The notes under the pieces: model-generated | Seen by the model: the letters and a program-made list of their open reading frames with translations, nothing else | Database searches by the model: none | What the model was told of the DNA's origin: nothing | Program-made: the position numbers and the translations under genes | Origin: an uncultured Verrucomicrobiae bacterium | GTDB taxonomy: Bacteria; Verrucomicrobiota; Verrucomicrobiia; Palsa-1439 | Reading direction: 5' to 3' | Length of the DNA stretch: 64,000 nucleotides | NCBI GenBank assembly: GCA_963812605.1 | Contig: CAWEWF010000008.1 | Span: 96,001 to 160,000, forward strand | Part shown: positions 44,940 to 57,186 of the stretch, one piece after another | How positions within the stretch are numbered: position 1 is the stretch's first letter | Layout of the letters: each line of letters begins with the position of its first letter

Positions 44940-47353
44940 AAGAATCCCGGTCGCAGTCGCAAAGGCGCTTTGGGGCAACTTCAGAATGATGATGCAGACC
45001 GCCGGGCTGGTTTCGAACTTCCGTCCTTGGCGCTTTTGTCCCAGGCGAATGTCTGTCGCGCTCCTGGCCGTCGCCCTGTTGCCTCTGGGGATTTGCCGGG
45101 GGAGTGACTCTGCCGGGGGCAATAATAATATGGAGCTGGGGCGGAAAGAAACCGCAGAAGGGATTGGGGCCTTTGATAAAGGCGCTTTCGAGGAGGCGAT
45201 CTCTCATTGGGAAAAGGCCATACGGTTCTATCAAGCGCGACATGACAACCCGGGCCTGATCGATTCCCAAGTTCGTCTGGCCGCTGCCTACGAGGCCATC
45301 GGGCAATTCAGCGAGGCGATCAAACTCCTGGGTGACGCGGCGAATCTCGCCGCCAGTATCGGTGACCGGAAACGCATTATTCTGGCCAAGACCAACCTTG
45401 GAGAAGCGCGGTCGTACACGCGCCGTGCTGATCTCGCCGAGGCCGACTTGCGTGAAGCCCTTGCCTTGGCGCTCAAGGATGAAGACCCGAAAGCCGCCAG
45501 TTCCATTTACAACAGCCTGGGCAATCTGTTGGTTGCGGAGGGCAAGTTTGGGGATGCCCTGGAGGCTTATCGCGAGGGAGCTTCGATGGCACGGCAGATA
45601 CACGATCGACTGCTGGCTGCCAAAGCGCTCAGCAACGCCGCTGCCATGACGACACGCACGGGCACACCGGCCGATGGCACAAGCCTGAATGATTCCGCGA
45701 TGGAAGAGGCCCATCAAGCTCCCGACGGCCACGAAAAGGCTTCTGTCATGATCATCTGCGGACAGACGTACGGACAGTTGCTGGGGCGCGAGCCGGGCTC
45801 GCATGACACACTCTTTGCCGCCGCCACAAACGCCTACGACCAAGCTTTCCAGATCGCCCAGAAGATCGGCGACAAGCGCGCCGCTTCCTACGCCCTGGGA
45901 GGGCTGGGAGGAATTTATACGCAAGATTTACGCTATGCCGAAGCTCTGGAGCCGACGCGCCAGGCCGCCTTTCTTGCCCAGGAGACACAAAACACCGAGG
46001 CGCTCTACCGCTGGGAGTGGCAGACCGGTCGCCTGTTCAGAGCGCTCAATCAGCCCGTCGAGGCCATCGCCGCCTACCGGCGCGCGGTCCAGTCCCTGCA
46101 ATTGATTCGGAATGATCTTTTCCTCACCTATGCGAACCGTCCCGTGCTGGGGTCATTTCGAGATGCGGTCGGCCCGGTGTACTATCGAGCTGGCTGATTT
46201 GTTGTTGCGGCAGACGGATACCCTGACGAATCCGAAACAGATCCAGCAGAATTTGCGGGATGCGCGGGACATCGTCGAGCAACTCAAATCCGCTGAGTTG
46301 GAAGATTACTTTCGTGATGAATGCGTCAATCTCGCCAAGCAGACACGTGTCGAGGACGTTTCCCCGGACGCTGCGGTCATCTATGTCATCCCGTTGATGG
46401 ACCGCACGGAGGTGTTGCTGGGGTTCTCCACAGGACTGGAACGCTTTAAAGTCCCCGTTGGATCCGAGGAATTGACAGCCGAAGTGCAGCAATTCCGTAA
46501 GAACCTTGAAAAACGCACGACGTACGAATATCTGGAACAGTCGCGGAAACTCTATGATTGGCTGATTCGCCCCATCAAGGACGAACTCATACGCCGTCAC
46601 GTTCAAACGCTTGTTTTCATACCGGATGGAGCCCTCCAAACAATCTCCTTTGCCGCACTTCAAGATGGCGAAAGGTTTTTAATTGAGGACTTTTCCGTGG
46701 CCGTAACCCCGGGTCTGACCCTGACCGCGCCGCGATCGGCGCGCCGAGGAGGCCAACAAATGTTGCTCGCGGGTTTGTCCCAAGCGGTGCAGGGATTCCC
46801 TCCCCTGGACTATGTGCCGATCGAACTTGAACATTTGCGGCTTCTATATCCGGGCCAGGAGTTGTTCAACAAAGATTTCCTGAATGCGGCGTTGGAGAAG
46901 GATTTTGGGGAGCGGCAGTATTCGATCGTTCACATCGCCTCCCACGGTCAATTTGAACACGATGTCACCAATACCTTCGTTTTGACGTATAAAGGTACAC
47001 TCAACCTCGATGGGCTGGAGCGCCTGATTCGCCCGAGCCAATTCCGCAGCGAGCCGGTCGAACTCCTGACCCTGAGCGCCTGCCAGACGGCAGCCGGGGA
47101 TGACCGCGCCGCTCTTGGCCTGGCCGGGGTGGCGGTCAAGGCCGGCGCCCGCAGTGCGCTCGCGACCCTCTGGTTCGTGAACGACCAGGCCAGCACGTCG
47201 CTGATGTCGGAGTTTTACTCTCAGTTGGCCGGCGATCAGTCAATTTCAAAGGCGCGGGCACTGCAATTGGCGCAACAGAAAATGCTCGCGGATCGGCGGT
47301 ATCACCACCCGTGCTACTGGGCGCCTTACTTATTGATTGGGAACTGGCTGTGA
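44926..47353 (+). CDS. Exported TPR + CHAT protease 2; frameshift ~46185; real start probably downstream
   Basis: MSVALLAVALLPLGIC signal-like segment; TPRs; HIASHG, LSACQT, HPCYWAPYLLIGNWL. Confidence 0.9.
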
Positions 47354-47369
47354 AACCGGTGGGCGCGGT

Positions 47370-49322
47370 GTGAAGCCGAGGCCGAAACGGCTGTGGCCGG
47401 CGTGGTGCGTTAGCTTATTGATCACCGGCATGATTTTCGCCGTGGTGGTGGGCCTGCGACGCATCGGATGTATCCAGCGCTTGGAATTCTTTGCATATGA
47501 CTTTTTCGTCAGGGAGCAAGCTCCGTCGATGTCCAAGGATCCTCGGATCGTGCTCGTTTGTATCGACGAGGCTGATATCCAGACAACGAACCTTGACCTT
47601 GACTATCCCGTTCCCGACGAAACCTTGGCGCAACTGCTGGAAAAAATCGAGGCGCAACGCCCGCGAGTGATTGGACTCGATATCTACCGAGACAAGCCGG
47701 TGGCGTCCTGTGCGGAGGGCCAGAACCTCTCCTGTGACGAGCAACATCAACTCCTAAATCAGGTTCTGCTCTCAAACGCCAATATCATCTGCATTTTCCG
47801 AATACCGGATCCGAACGATCTTGAGGGAGTGAAACCTCCGCCGGTGATCGCCGACCAACCGGATCGAATCGCGTTCAACGATCTGCCCAACGATGGCAAC
47901 GAAGTCCGGCGCAGCTTGGTGGCCCAATCCGTCGGGACCACCCAATTCTTATCATTGGCTTGGAGTGCGGCCATTCAATATATTGAGCAAGAGGACAGTA
48001 ATCATCTGTTCGAGCCAGATCCGGCCCATCCAGGGCGATCGCGACCGGTATTGCGCTTTCTCGAACACAATGACGGCCCGTATGTGAACCTCGATGCAGC
48101 AGGAGAACAATTTCTGATGGATTTTCGTGGGCCACGCACGTTTCAAACCATTTCAGGGACGGAGCTTATCCGAGAAAGATTGCCGACTAATACATTTAGC
48201 GACAAGGTTGTACTCGTTGGAATGACCGCTCACAGCGTGAAAGACGACTTGTACACGCCTTTAAAGCGACCACTCCGTGGCATAGAGATTCACGCCCAAG
48301 TAATCAATCAGTTGCTCCGGATTGCTCTGAACGGCGACCGCCAGCTTGCGTTCTGGGCCGATTGGCAGAAGGACGCCTGGACTCTGCTCTGGTGTTTGGT
48401 TGGAGGGGCTGTCGGGTATGCCGTTCGTTCTCCGTGGCGTTCCTCCGGGCTGCTTGGCGCCGCGTTGGTTGTTCTGGGTGGTTTGGCCTGGTGGGCGTTT
48501 TCCGTGGGATGGTGGATTCCCGTTGCCACCCCTGCGATCGCTTGCATTGCCACCGCCGTTTCCGTCAATTGGTATATTTCCTATCAGGAAAAGATGCAAC
48601 GGCAAATGATCATGCAGTTGTTTTCCAAACAAGTGTCTCGCGAGGTTGCCGAGACGATCTGGGCGCAGCGCAACGAATTCTTGGAAGGCGGACGCCCGCG
48701 GGCGCAGCAGCTCAAGGCCACGGTGCTCTACACGGATTTGGAGGGCTATTCGTCCTTGGCCGAGTCCCTCGAGCCGGCTGTGGTAATGGATTGGTTGAAC
48801 GAATACATGGGCATGATGGCCGAGGCGGTGATTGGCCATCACGGTGTGATCGACAAATTTATCGGGGACGCAGTCATGGCACTGTTTGGAGTTCCATTGG
48901 CACGCAAGACTGACGGAGAGGTCAAAGAGGATGCCGTCAATGCGGTCCGCTGCGCGCTGGCAATGGAACAGGGTTTGGCTCGACTCAACACCGTGTGGGC
49001 GGGACAGCGTCTGCCGACCTGCAGAATGCGAGTCGGAATCCACACGGGCCATTTGGTGGCTGGCAGTGTGGGCGGCACGGAGCGTATGGAGTATACTGTG
49101 ATCGGAGATACGGTCAACACGGCTTCCCGTTTGGAAAGCTTCGACAAGGACCGTCGTGAACCGGATCTTGCGGGTCGCTGTTGTCGGGTATTGATTGGCG
49201 AGAGCACGCGGGATCTTGCGGGAGATCAATTTGAGACAAGGCGTGTTGGACAGGCCAAGCTGAAGGGTAAAGACCAAGAGGTGACCATCTATCTGGTGTT
49301 GAAAGAGATCTCTCAAACGTGA
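47370..49322 (+). CDS. CHASE2-domain class III adenylyl cyclase 2
   Basis: CHASE2 motifs, three TMs, LYTDLEGYS, DKFIGD, YTVIGDTVNTASRLE. Confidence 0.92.
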   Translation: MKPRPKRLWPAWCVSLLITGMIFAVVVGLRRIGCIQRLEFFAYDFFVREQAPSMSKDPRIVLVCIDEADIQTTNLDLDYPVPDETLAQLLEKIEAQRPRVIGLDIYRDKPVASCAEGQNLSCDEQHQLLNQVLLSNANIICIFRIPDPNDLEGVKPPPVIADQPDRIAFNDLPNDGNEVRRSLVAQSVGTTQFLSLAWSAAIQYIEQEDSNHLFEPDPAHPGRSRPVLRFLEHNDGPYVNLDAAGEQFLMDFRGPRTFQTISGTELIRERLPTNTFSDKVVLVGMTAHSVKDDLYTPLKRPLRGIEIHAQVINQLLRIALNGDRQLAFWADWQKDAWTLLWCLVGGAVGYAVRSPWRSSGLLGAALVVLGGLAWWAFSVGWWIPVATPAIACIATAVSVNWYISYQEKMQRQMIMQLFSKQVSREVAETIWAQRNEFLEGGRPRAQQLKATVLYTDLEGYSSLAESLEPAVVMDWLNEYMGMMAEAVIGHHGVIDKFIGDAVMALFGVPLARKTDGEVKEDAVNAVRCALAMEQGLARLNTVWAGQRLPTCRMRVGIHTGHLVAGSVGGTERMEYTVIGDTVNTASRLESFDKDRREPDLAGRCCRVLIGESTRDLAGDQFETRRVGQAKLKGKDQEVTIYLVLKEISQT

Positions 49323-49334
49323 GGTGGAAAAATT

Positions 49335-50156
49335 ATGACACGCAGTTTTTTTAAAGTTTTGTTTGCGGCCTTGGGATTGAGCCTGCTGTTCGTCGTGGCG
49401 CTCCGATCACAAGAGGCCGCGCCGCCCGCACCCGTCGAGAAGCCCAAGGAGGCGCCAACGTCTCCACCGCCTTCCACCACCGAGAAACCGAAAGAAGGGA
49501 CGAAGACACAACCCGCTCCAACCGTCAAACCGAAGATTCTTTACCAACTTCCTCCGCGAGGGACACCAGTTGCCAGACTTGACGGTGGCTCCCGCGGCAA
49601 TGGCATTTCCCTGATTTGTCTGACCGCTCTGGTTCCCGACAGTACCGCCTTGACGGTTCTGGAACAACCGTCCTTGTTCTGGTATCAATCGCGGGCTGCC
49701 GACGTTCCGTTGGAGTTGACCATCCTGATCGACAACACGATTCAGCCATTACTTCAAGTCCAGCTGCCCGACGCCCGCAAGGCAGGAATTCAGCGGCTGA
49801 ATTTGGCGGACCATAACGTCAAGCTTGCTACCGGCGTTGAATATGAATGGGTAGTGGCGCTCGTGGTCGATTCTGAAAACCGATCAAAGGATGTCATCGC
49901 CAGCGGGTGGATCAAGCGGGTTGACCCCTCCCCATCGCTGAGATCGCAACTGGATAATGCCGCGAGGGAGAATTTGCCGTTTGTCTACGCCGGGGGAGGC
50001 ATCTGGCTGGACACGTTGACGGCGATATCCGACCTGATTGAGACGCGACCGAAGGACAGATCGTTGCGGGAAGGGCGCGCCACGTTGCTGGCGCAAGTGG
50101 GTTTAACCAATGCCGCCGTATATGTCACCTCGCAAGGCGCAATCGATGGAGAATGA
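49335..50156 (+). CDS. Exported DUF928 protein 2
   Basis: Signal peptide, Pro-rich linker, GGSRG, QPSLFWY, EYEWVVAL, GWIKRV, YAGGGIWLD. Confidence 0.85.
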   Translation: MTRSFFKVLFAALGLSLLFVVALRSQEAAPPAPVEKPKEAPTSPPPSTTEKPKEGTKTQPAPTVKPKILYQLPPRGTPVARLDGGSRGNGISLICLTALVPDSTALTVLEQPSLFWYQSRAADVPLELTILIDNTIQPLLQVQLPDARKAGIQRLNLADHNVKLATGVEYEWVVALVVDSENRSKDVIASGWIKRVDPSPSLRSQLDNAARENLPFVYAGGGIWLDTLTAISDLIETRPKDRSLREGRATLLAQVGLTNAAVYVTSQGAIDGE

Positions 50157-50189
50157 GCACGGACCAAAATCCGGCTGAATTGAATCCGC

Positions 50190-51930
50190 TTAGAAGGCCT
50201 CGTAGCTCACTTTAAAATAGATGCCCAGGTCCTGCGCATCATCATTGGGAGTGGTGACCCTGTGGAGTCGGTAGCCCCAATACAGCTGCGCGTTCAGGTG
50301 CCGATTCGGGCTGATCAACAGCCCCATCCCGGCACTGAAAATCGTGGTTGGGTCCGGTGTATGTTCATCCAGGTTCCTCGCCGCGCCGAAATCGAAAAAA
50401 GGGGCCAACTGCACGACGGGAGTTCCCGTCCTGTCGAAAAGTACCGGCAAGTGGAGTTCGGCGGAACTAAAGACCCCTTCGTCTCGGACAATCTGGTTCT
50501 CCCGATAACCTCGGACGCTGTCGGCGCCACCCAAAGTGAATTGCTCCAGCGATAACAACGGTCGGTCTGTCAATTGAACATCGGTGCGCAAGATCAACTG
50601 GTTGGGGGTGCCAAAGAGACGGCGCACATAGTGGGCCTGGCCAAGCCACGCAAAGAAGTTTGCGTTCCGATCAGTGCCGTTATCCGTTACGTCGAACGCA
50701 TCGAGTCCCACGCTGAACGTGGAGCGCAAGGCCAGCACTTGTTCCTGACTGCGGTCAGTCCATTCCTGAATAATGCGCAGGGCCGAGATTTCGGTGACGC
50801 CATTGGTGGAGCCGGGAGAGATATCGAACGGGACCCCCAACAAGAAAGTCTTGCTGTACTCCCGTTCAAAGGAGACGGCAAGCGCCAGTTCCCGATTTGC
50901 CGTTTGGTAGATGGGCTGGCGAAGTGTCGCGCCAGCACGATACGACTCACTGGTAACGTCCAGAGGATTGAATGGTTCCTCAATCACCGCATAATCGTTC
51001 TTGTTACCGTAGATCCGAAGCGTCGTATCATAGGGGGTTAACGGAATCCGGTAGGAGGCCGAAACGTTGTTAAAGTCCGAGAATTTGTAGCCAGGGTTCC
51101 CTCCCTCGGCGATGCCGTAGGAAACCTCCAGGGGGTCAGCGTGCCCCGTGAGATTGATGTCCCGCGCGATGAGCAGAATCTCGTCGGAGCCGACACTTGG
51201 AGGACGGTCGTTGTCCACTTGAAGCCCGACTCGAAATGGCTGCTCGTCTCTCACATGAACGTCCAGCACACTTTTCCCCGGCATAACGTCAGGCCGGAGA
51301 CTCCGCGTTGATTTGGGTGATGTTCGGATCCTGCCGCAATAGTTGCAGCCCCTCCTTCAAATCGTCGGTATTCAGCGGGGTGCCGGCCCATCTCTCGACT
51401 CGGCCCCTAATGTAGCTATCGCGGAGCCATTTGTTTTCCGTCGTAATGTTGGTGGCGGAGATCACGCCTTCGATAATCTGCATGGTGACGACCCCATCTC
51501 GAGGATCCTGGTCCGGCAAAACAGCCCCGGAATTGATATAGCCGTGGCTGACGTAATATTCCGTCACGGCGCGGCGGGCCTCCTCCAATTCCTGGCTCGT
51601 GATTTGCCGCCCGACGTACGCCGCCGTGACTTTCGCGAGTTGCTGCGAGGAGAATACCTTGTTCCCTTGAAACCGGAATTCACGCACGTAGAGGCGAGGC
51701 ATCGAGGAAAGCTTGCTCTGCTCGACCGGAAGCCGCAAGGGCGGAGCAACCAATTCTTGCCCCTTCACGGGGATCGCCAGCAGGACCAGCGCACAGAAGA
51801 CAAGCCACTGCGGCTTGTCAAAAGAGGCACCGATCACCCGGCTTCCTGGGAGAGCCGCCAGACCAGCGGTGAAGACAGTCTCAGGTCGCTCGATTGTGCG
51901 GCCCGCTTGATCCGTTTTCGCCATGCGCAT
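50190..51930 (-). CDS. TpsB (ShlB/FhaC/HecB) two-partner secretion transporter; frameshift ~51297
   Basis: POTRA motifs (FRFQGNKVFS, YYVSHGYINS, IIEG), VRGY motif (GGADSVRGYRE), C-terminal Phe. Confidence 0.9.
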
Positions 51931-52098
51931 AGAACCAGTGTTCGTGCCAGTCAAACCGACTGCGCCTCTCCGCTTGGAAATCGGCTGATTAATAGCCCAA
52001 ACCGCCCCTAACACAAGAACTTTCTCAGTGCGGCGACAGATGGATTTTGAGGATTGAATTAAGAGCCAATTTTGGTGATTCTACCTCACGGCTGACTC

Positions 52099-52966
52099 AT
52101 GGCAAAAAAAAGCGACGGAGACACGGCACTCCCCACCGGTGCGCCCGCAGAAACATTGAGTTTCATTACAGCGCTCTTCTTGACTCACTTCCCGGAGCGC
52201 AACACCGCATTTCTCACCGAGGCATTCAACCAGGTCCGGAATGCATTTGACGGCACCTATCCGGGTTACCAGGGCTGCGACACGGCCTACCACGACTTGG
52301 CCCATACCTGTCAAGCCGCGGTCGCGGCAGTACGCATTCTCGATGGGCACTGCAAGAGCGGCCAACCGCCCGTCCTGACATCCCGCGACTATGAACTGAG
52401 TGTTGCCGGGATGCTGCTGCATGACATCGGATTTCTAAAGGAAGTCGGCGACAACCTGGGCACTGGCGCCAAGTACACTCTCACTCACGTCGATCGCGGC
52501 GCGGACTTCGCGGCGAAATTCCTTCCCTCTTTGGGAGCGACACGGGACGAAATCCGTCAGGTGCAATTGTTGATTCGCAGTACCGCCATGAACGTGGACA
52601 TGAGCAAGCTTCCGTTCCGCGATCCACGAGAACGATTCATTGGATGCGCCGTTGGCTCCGCTGATCTTCTGGGGCAAATGGCGGCCCTGGACTACCCGGA
52701 ACGTCTGCCGAAGCTTTACCGCGAGTTCGCAGAGGCCGGCATGTTCTCACATCTGGCCAAAGGCGGATTGGCCTCATGCCAAAGCGCCGAAGATCTGTTG
52801 CGGGACACCCGGGATTTTTATCGCGGATACGCGCGACGCATGCTCGATCACGAGTGGGACGGTGTTTACCAATTGCTGAAATATCATTTCCCAGACGGTC
52901 GCAACCATTATGTGGAAGCGATCAGACGCCAATCTGGATCGGATCGATCAACTTTTGGGGAAATAA
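52099..52966 (+). CDS. HD-domain metal-dependent phosphohydrolase; frameshift ~52924
   Basis: YHDLAHT, LLHDIGF, THVDRG, ADLLGQ motifs; corrected end AIDANLDRIDQLLGK*. Confidence 0.8.
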
Positions 52967-52983
52967 CGGAGGGGCGTGGAGGT

Positions 52984-54122
52984 TTACCTGGCCGACCCAG
53001 ATTGACCCAGCCGTCGTTCAAAAGATCGAACCGTTTCTGAGAATTGCCCGGGGGTTGAAATCGGGCACCGATTGGACAAGGCTGAAGAGCCGGTCCAAAT
53101 CCGTGCGCGAGGCCCGGACCTCTGGACCGAGCGAGTCAACCAGTCTGTCGAGGGCGAGCACCAGGCGTTCGGCTCGGCAGGCCTGGACCTCACCCGGAAT
53201 GTCCTCAGCGGCAAACACCGGCCCGGTTGCGGCAAGCCGCGCCAGCATCAGGCGGGAACGCGCCGCCGACCACTCGATGGCAGTGGCGCGTTTGGCAAAC
53301 TCGTCGGACAGTGTCTGGGCTTGCGTTGCGTTCTCGGGTGTTGGCTCCAGTTTAAGTGACGACAGTGGTGGCAGAGTGGGGTCGTCGTCGGCCTGCTGCA
53401 GCACCCAGAGCACGGAACTCCAACGGGCCTTCAGGCGTGCGGTGGGCTGCGGGTCGCGGGCGAGTTGCCAGCTCAGTTCACGCAAGGCGACGGCCTGGCC
53501 GACAAGCCAGGTCTGCGCACCCGACCAGTTTGGGGCTTCGCGCCAGTGTTTGGGCTCGGTGACGCATTGGCCGTCGAGCTCGAAAATCAATTCGGGATGC
53601 CCGGCGCGCAGAAGATCGGCCCCAACATTTTGATGGCAGGCGATACAAGTATTGGCGCGTACGTACAGGTTCTTCAGATCGCGCATCCCGGCGGCGACAC
53701 GGTCGGCATGCGAGTAATCGGGGCGCGTATGGGAGCGCAGCCAGAATTCGCCCGCGCCGTGGCAGGATTCACAGGATACGCCATTGGTTACGTCGGTGGA
53801 TAGTGCCCGATTCAGCTTAAGCAGGGTTTGAAAGGGCGTATGGCAGACGGTGCAGCGCTCGTTTTGCGTGGGAATCTTCGATTCTCAGCGCATCAGCGAT
53901 ACGCTGGGATCGGGCAATGGTTAGTGTCGCATAGGAGCGCGAGTGAAAGTCCTTCTTGGACCAAACCTGGAATTGATCGCGATTGGCCTTGGCGCTGCCG
54001 TGACAGCCCGCGGTGCTGCAATTCTGCGAACCGAGAAATTGCGGCGATGGTGGCGTTTCGGCGCGGGCGATATGACAAAAGACCAGCGCCGTAACAAACG
54101 CGGTTAGGGATTTACTCCGCAC
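52984..54122 (-). CDS. Exported multiheme c-type cytochrome (c554-like, ~4 haems); frameshifts
   Basis: CSTAGCH, CTVCH, CESCH, CIACH across joined frames; AGHPELIFEL; signal peptide. Confidence 0.8.
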
Positions 54123-54152
54123 CTCGGTTGTGTTAAACGAAGCACGCTGGAA

Positions 54153-55459
54153 ATGCAATCCATTATCGAGACGCTACAACGATGGACTGGCGGCAATCCG
54201 GGATTGGCAATCGGTTTTGTATTTCTCGGCGCTTTCACCATCCAGGTGGGAGCGCTGGCCATCTCCTCGGTAGCGCGCGCGTTCCATGATCACCGGCAGC
54301 GTTCGCTGGCGCGGGAACGCCTGCGGCTGCTCGTCCGGGCCGCGACACTGCATTGCGAGGAGGCCGGGCAGGCCCGTCTGCAGTGGAACGGCTATCGCAA
54401 GTTTCAGATTGCCCGCAAAGTCCGGGAGTGCGAAGGGGTCTGTTCGTTCTACCTGCAACCGCATGATCGCAAACCATTGCCTTCGTTCAAGCCCGGGCAA
54501 TACCTGACTTTTCAGCTCAACTGTCCGGGCCGCGACAAACCGGTCGTGCGTTGCTACTCCATCTCCGACAGCCCCCATCACACCGATTATTACCGCGTCA
54601 CGATCAAACGCGAAGGGCCGCCGCCGGATCAGCCCGACCTGCCGCCGGGTATCGCGTCCTCGCACTTCTGCGACGTCCTGCGCGAAGGTGACATCATCGA
54701 TGCCAAGGCCCCCGCCGGCCACTTCTGCCTGGACCTGGAAAAGACAACTCCGGTCGTGCTGATCTCCGCCGGGGTGGGAGTAACGCCGATGTTGAGCATG
54801 GCCAATGCAATTGCCGCGGGCGACTCCCAACGCGAGTGCTGGTTCTTCTTCGGGGCCCGCAACGGCACCGAGCACATTCACCGTGACGAGATCGAAGCTC
54901 TCGCGCGCGGCCGCGATAACATTCCATGTTCACGTCTGCTACAGCCGGCCGCGGACGGAAGACCAGACGGGTGTGGATTACAACCACAATGGCCGTGTCA
55001 GCGTCGAGTTGTTCAAGGAACTGTTGCCGTCGAACAATTACGAGTTCTACCTGTGCGGCCCCGGTGCATTCATGACAAGCATCACGGATGGCCTGCGCGA
55101 ATGGGGCGTGCCTGACAGCGCGGTGTTTTCGAGGCGTTCGGTCCCGCCACAGTCAAAAAGGCTACGGCGCGTCAGCGCCGGCGGCGGGCGCGCCTGCCGC
55201 GCCCGGCTTTCAGGTCACGTTTGGCAAATCGAAAAAGACCTGCGTGTGGCGTCCCGACCTGGGATCGTTGCTGGAGTTTGCCGAGCGGCAGGGGATCCGG
55301 ATCGAAGCCGGCTGCCGGGCAGGCAGTTGCGGCACCTGCCTGGTGGCCATCAAATCGGGAGCGGTGGAATATCTGAGCAAGACGGAAGCGCAACCGGAAG
55401 ATGGCTCCTGCCTCACCTGCATCTGCAAACCAAAAGCCGACCTGGTGCTGGACGCCTGA
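54153..55459 (+). CDS. Membrane-anchored FAD/NAD(P) oxidoreductase (FNR family) with C-terminal 2Fe-2S ferredoxin; two frameshifts
   Basis: N-terminal TM; FKPGQY, RCYSIS, AGVGVTPM, YLCGP; CRAGSCGTC...LTC. Confidence 0.88.
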
Positions 55460-57186
55460 TGGCCACCACCGCCCTAATCGTTGACCGACCGAAACGCTGG
55501 GACTCCGCGTTCGATCCAGGAATGACGGATGCCGATGTCGCGCGGCTGCTGGCGCTGGCGCCCTTCAGCCAGATGAAGGCTGATCGGTTTCCGCTGCGCG
55601 ACATCCTGCGCAACGACGCGCGGCTGCGCCGATTTCGCGCGGGCGAAATCATCGTGCGCGAAGGCGATTACGGCACGTCGGCGTTCATGATCATTCAGGG
55701 CGCCGCCTGCGTGGTGATCGCGCCGGGACTGCCTGAAGCACTGCTGGGCCGGCGCCCTCGACGCCGCAAAAACCCCTTGGCCGTGCTTGCGCAACTCTGG
55801 GCCAATGCCCGCCATCCGGAAGTCCGCCGGCCAGCCGAGTTGCGTGTGGACGAACGCTTGGGACAACGGGACGCCGGAGATGACGAGGTCCGCGTGTTCC
55901 TGCAAGACGTGCCGCGCGTGTTGGATGGCCGTCGCACGGCGTCGCTGGCGGCCGGTGAATTCTTCGGGGAAATCGCCGCGCTCAGTCGCGTGCCGCGCAC
56001 CGCCACCGTGTTCGCCGAAGTGGACGACACGGAGTTGCTGGAGATCCGCTGGCAGGGCCTGCGCGACATCATGAAAAAGGATGATGCGCTGCGCCGGCAC
56101 ATCGAGGACAAGTATCGTGAACGATCCTTGGAGACCTATTTACGCGCGTTGCCAATGCTGCGTCATCTCACGGATGCGCAACTGCAGGAGCTGATGCGCC
56201 AGACCGAGTTTGCCACCTTCGGCGAGTACGACTGGTCGGGCGATTACAAACGCCTGCTGCGCTCGGGCGGGATTGCGGGTCCCGGCAAGGAACCGGTGAT
56301 CGCGCAGGAAGGTGATTACCCCAACGGCGTCGTGTTCGTCCGCGCCGGGTTTGCGCGCCTGGGCCGGCGGTTCGGCCGCGGACAGCGCACGCTGAGCTAC
56401 CTCGGCGCCGGGCAGCACTATGGGTTTGAGGAAATCGCGCACAACTGGCGACGGAAGGACGCGCCCGTGCCGCTCCAACTCACCTTGCAGGCCATCGGTT
56501 ACACCCACGTCCTGATCATCCCAACGGCGGTGATGGAGGAACTGGTGTTGCCGACCCTTCCGCCGTCGCTGTTGCCTCCCCTGGTTGAAGCCGAGGCTGC
56601 GGCAGTTATTGAACCCCCGCGGCTGGGACAGCGCGATGCGTCGGCCAAACTCGGGCCGGACTTGCTGGAGTTTTTGACGGAGAATCGCTTCTTCAACGGG
56701 ACCGCCGCCATGCTGATCAATCTGGATCTATGCACACGCTGTGACGATTGTGTGCGCGCCTGTGCGGCAACCCACGACAATAATCCACGCTTTCTCCGCC
56801 ACGGGCCGGCCAGCGGCCCCGTCATGGTCGCCAACGCCTGCATGCACTGCGCCGACCCGGTGTGCATGATCGGCTGCCCCACGGGCGCGATCTATCGCAC
56901 GACATTTGGCGGACAGGTGGTCATCAATCAGGCCACGTGCATCGGCTGCGCCATCTGCTCCAACAATTGTCCTTACGACGCAATCCGTATGGTGGATATC
57001 CGCGGAACCGACGGCGCATTTCTCGTGGACAAAGACATGCGAGCGATCCAGAAAGCAACCAAGTGTGACCTGTGCGTCGACCAATACGGCGGCCCCGCCT
57101 GCCAGAGGGCCTGCCCGCATGGCGCACTGATCCGCGCCGACATGAGCGATGCGGATGCGCTGGCGACGTGGCTGGGGCGAGGATGA
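55459..57186 (+). CDS. Tandem cyclic-nucleotide-binding domains fused to a 4Fe-4S dicluster (DmsB/NrfC-like) domain
   Basis: IVREGDYG, FFGEIAAL...RTATV phosphate-binding cassette; second degenerate CNB; CTRCDDC..AC, CMHC..PVC..GCP, CIGC..C..NCP, KCDLC...PAC..ACP. Confidence 0.9.
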   Translation: MATTALIVDRPKRWDSAFDPGMTDADVARLLALAPFSQMKADRFPLRDILRNDARLRRFRAGEIIVREGDYGTSAFMIIQGAACVVIAPGLPEALLGRRPRRRKNPLAVLAQLWANARHPEVRRPAELRVDERLGQRDAGDDEVRVFLQDVPRVLDGRRTASLAAGEFFGEIAALSRVPRTATVFAEVDDTELLEIRWQGLRDIMKKDDALRRHIEDKYRERSLETYLRALPMLRHLTDAQLQELMRQTEFATFGEYDWSGDYKRLLRSGGIAGPGKEPVIAQEGDYPNGVVFVRAGFARLGRRFGRGQRTLSYLGAGQHYGFEEIAHNWRRKDAPVPLQLTLQAIGYTHVLIIPTAVMEELVLPTLPPSLLPPLVEAEAAAVIEPPRLGQRDASAKLGPDLLEFLTENRFFNGTAAMLINLDLCTRCDDCVRACAATHDNNPRFLRHGPASGPVMVANACMHCADPVCMIGCPTGAIYRTTFGGQVVINQATCIGCAICSNNCPYDAIRMVDIRGTDGAFLVDKDMRAIQKATKCDLCVDQYGGPACQRACPHGALIRADMSDADALATWLGRG

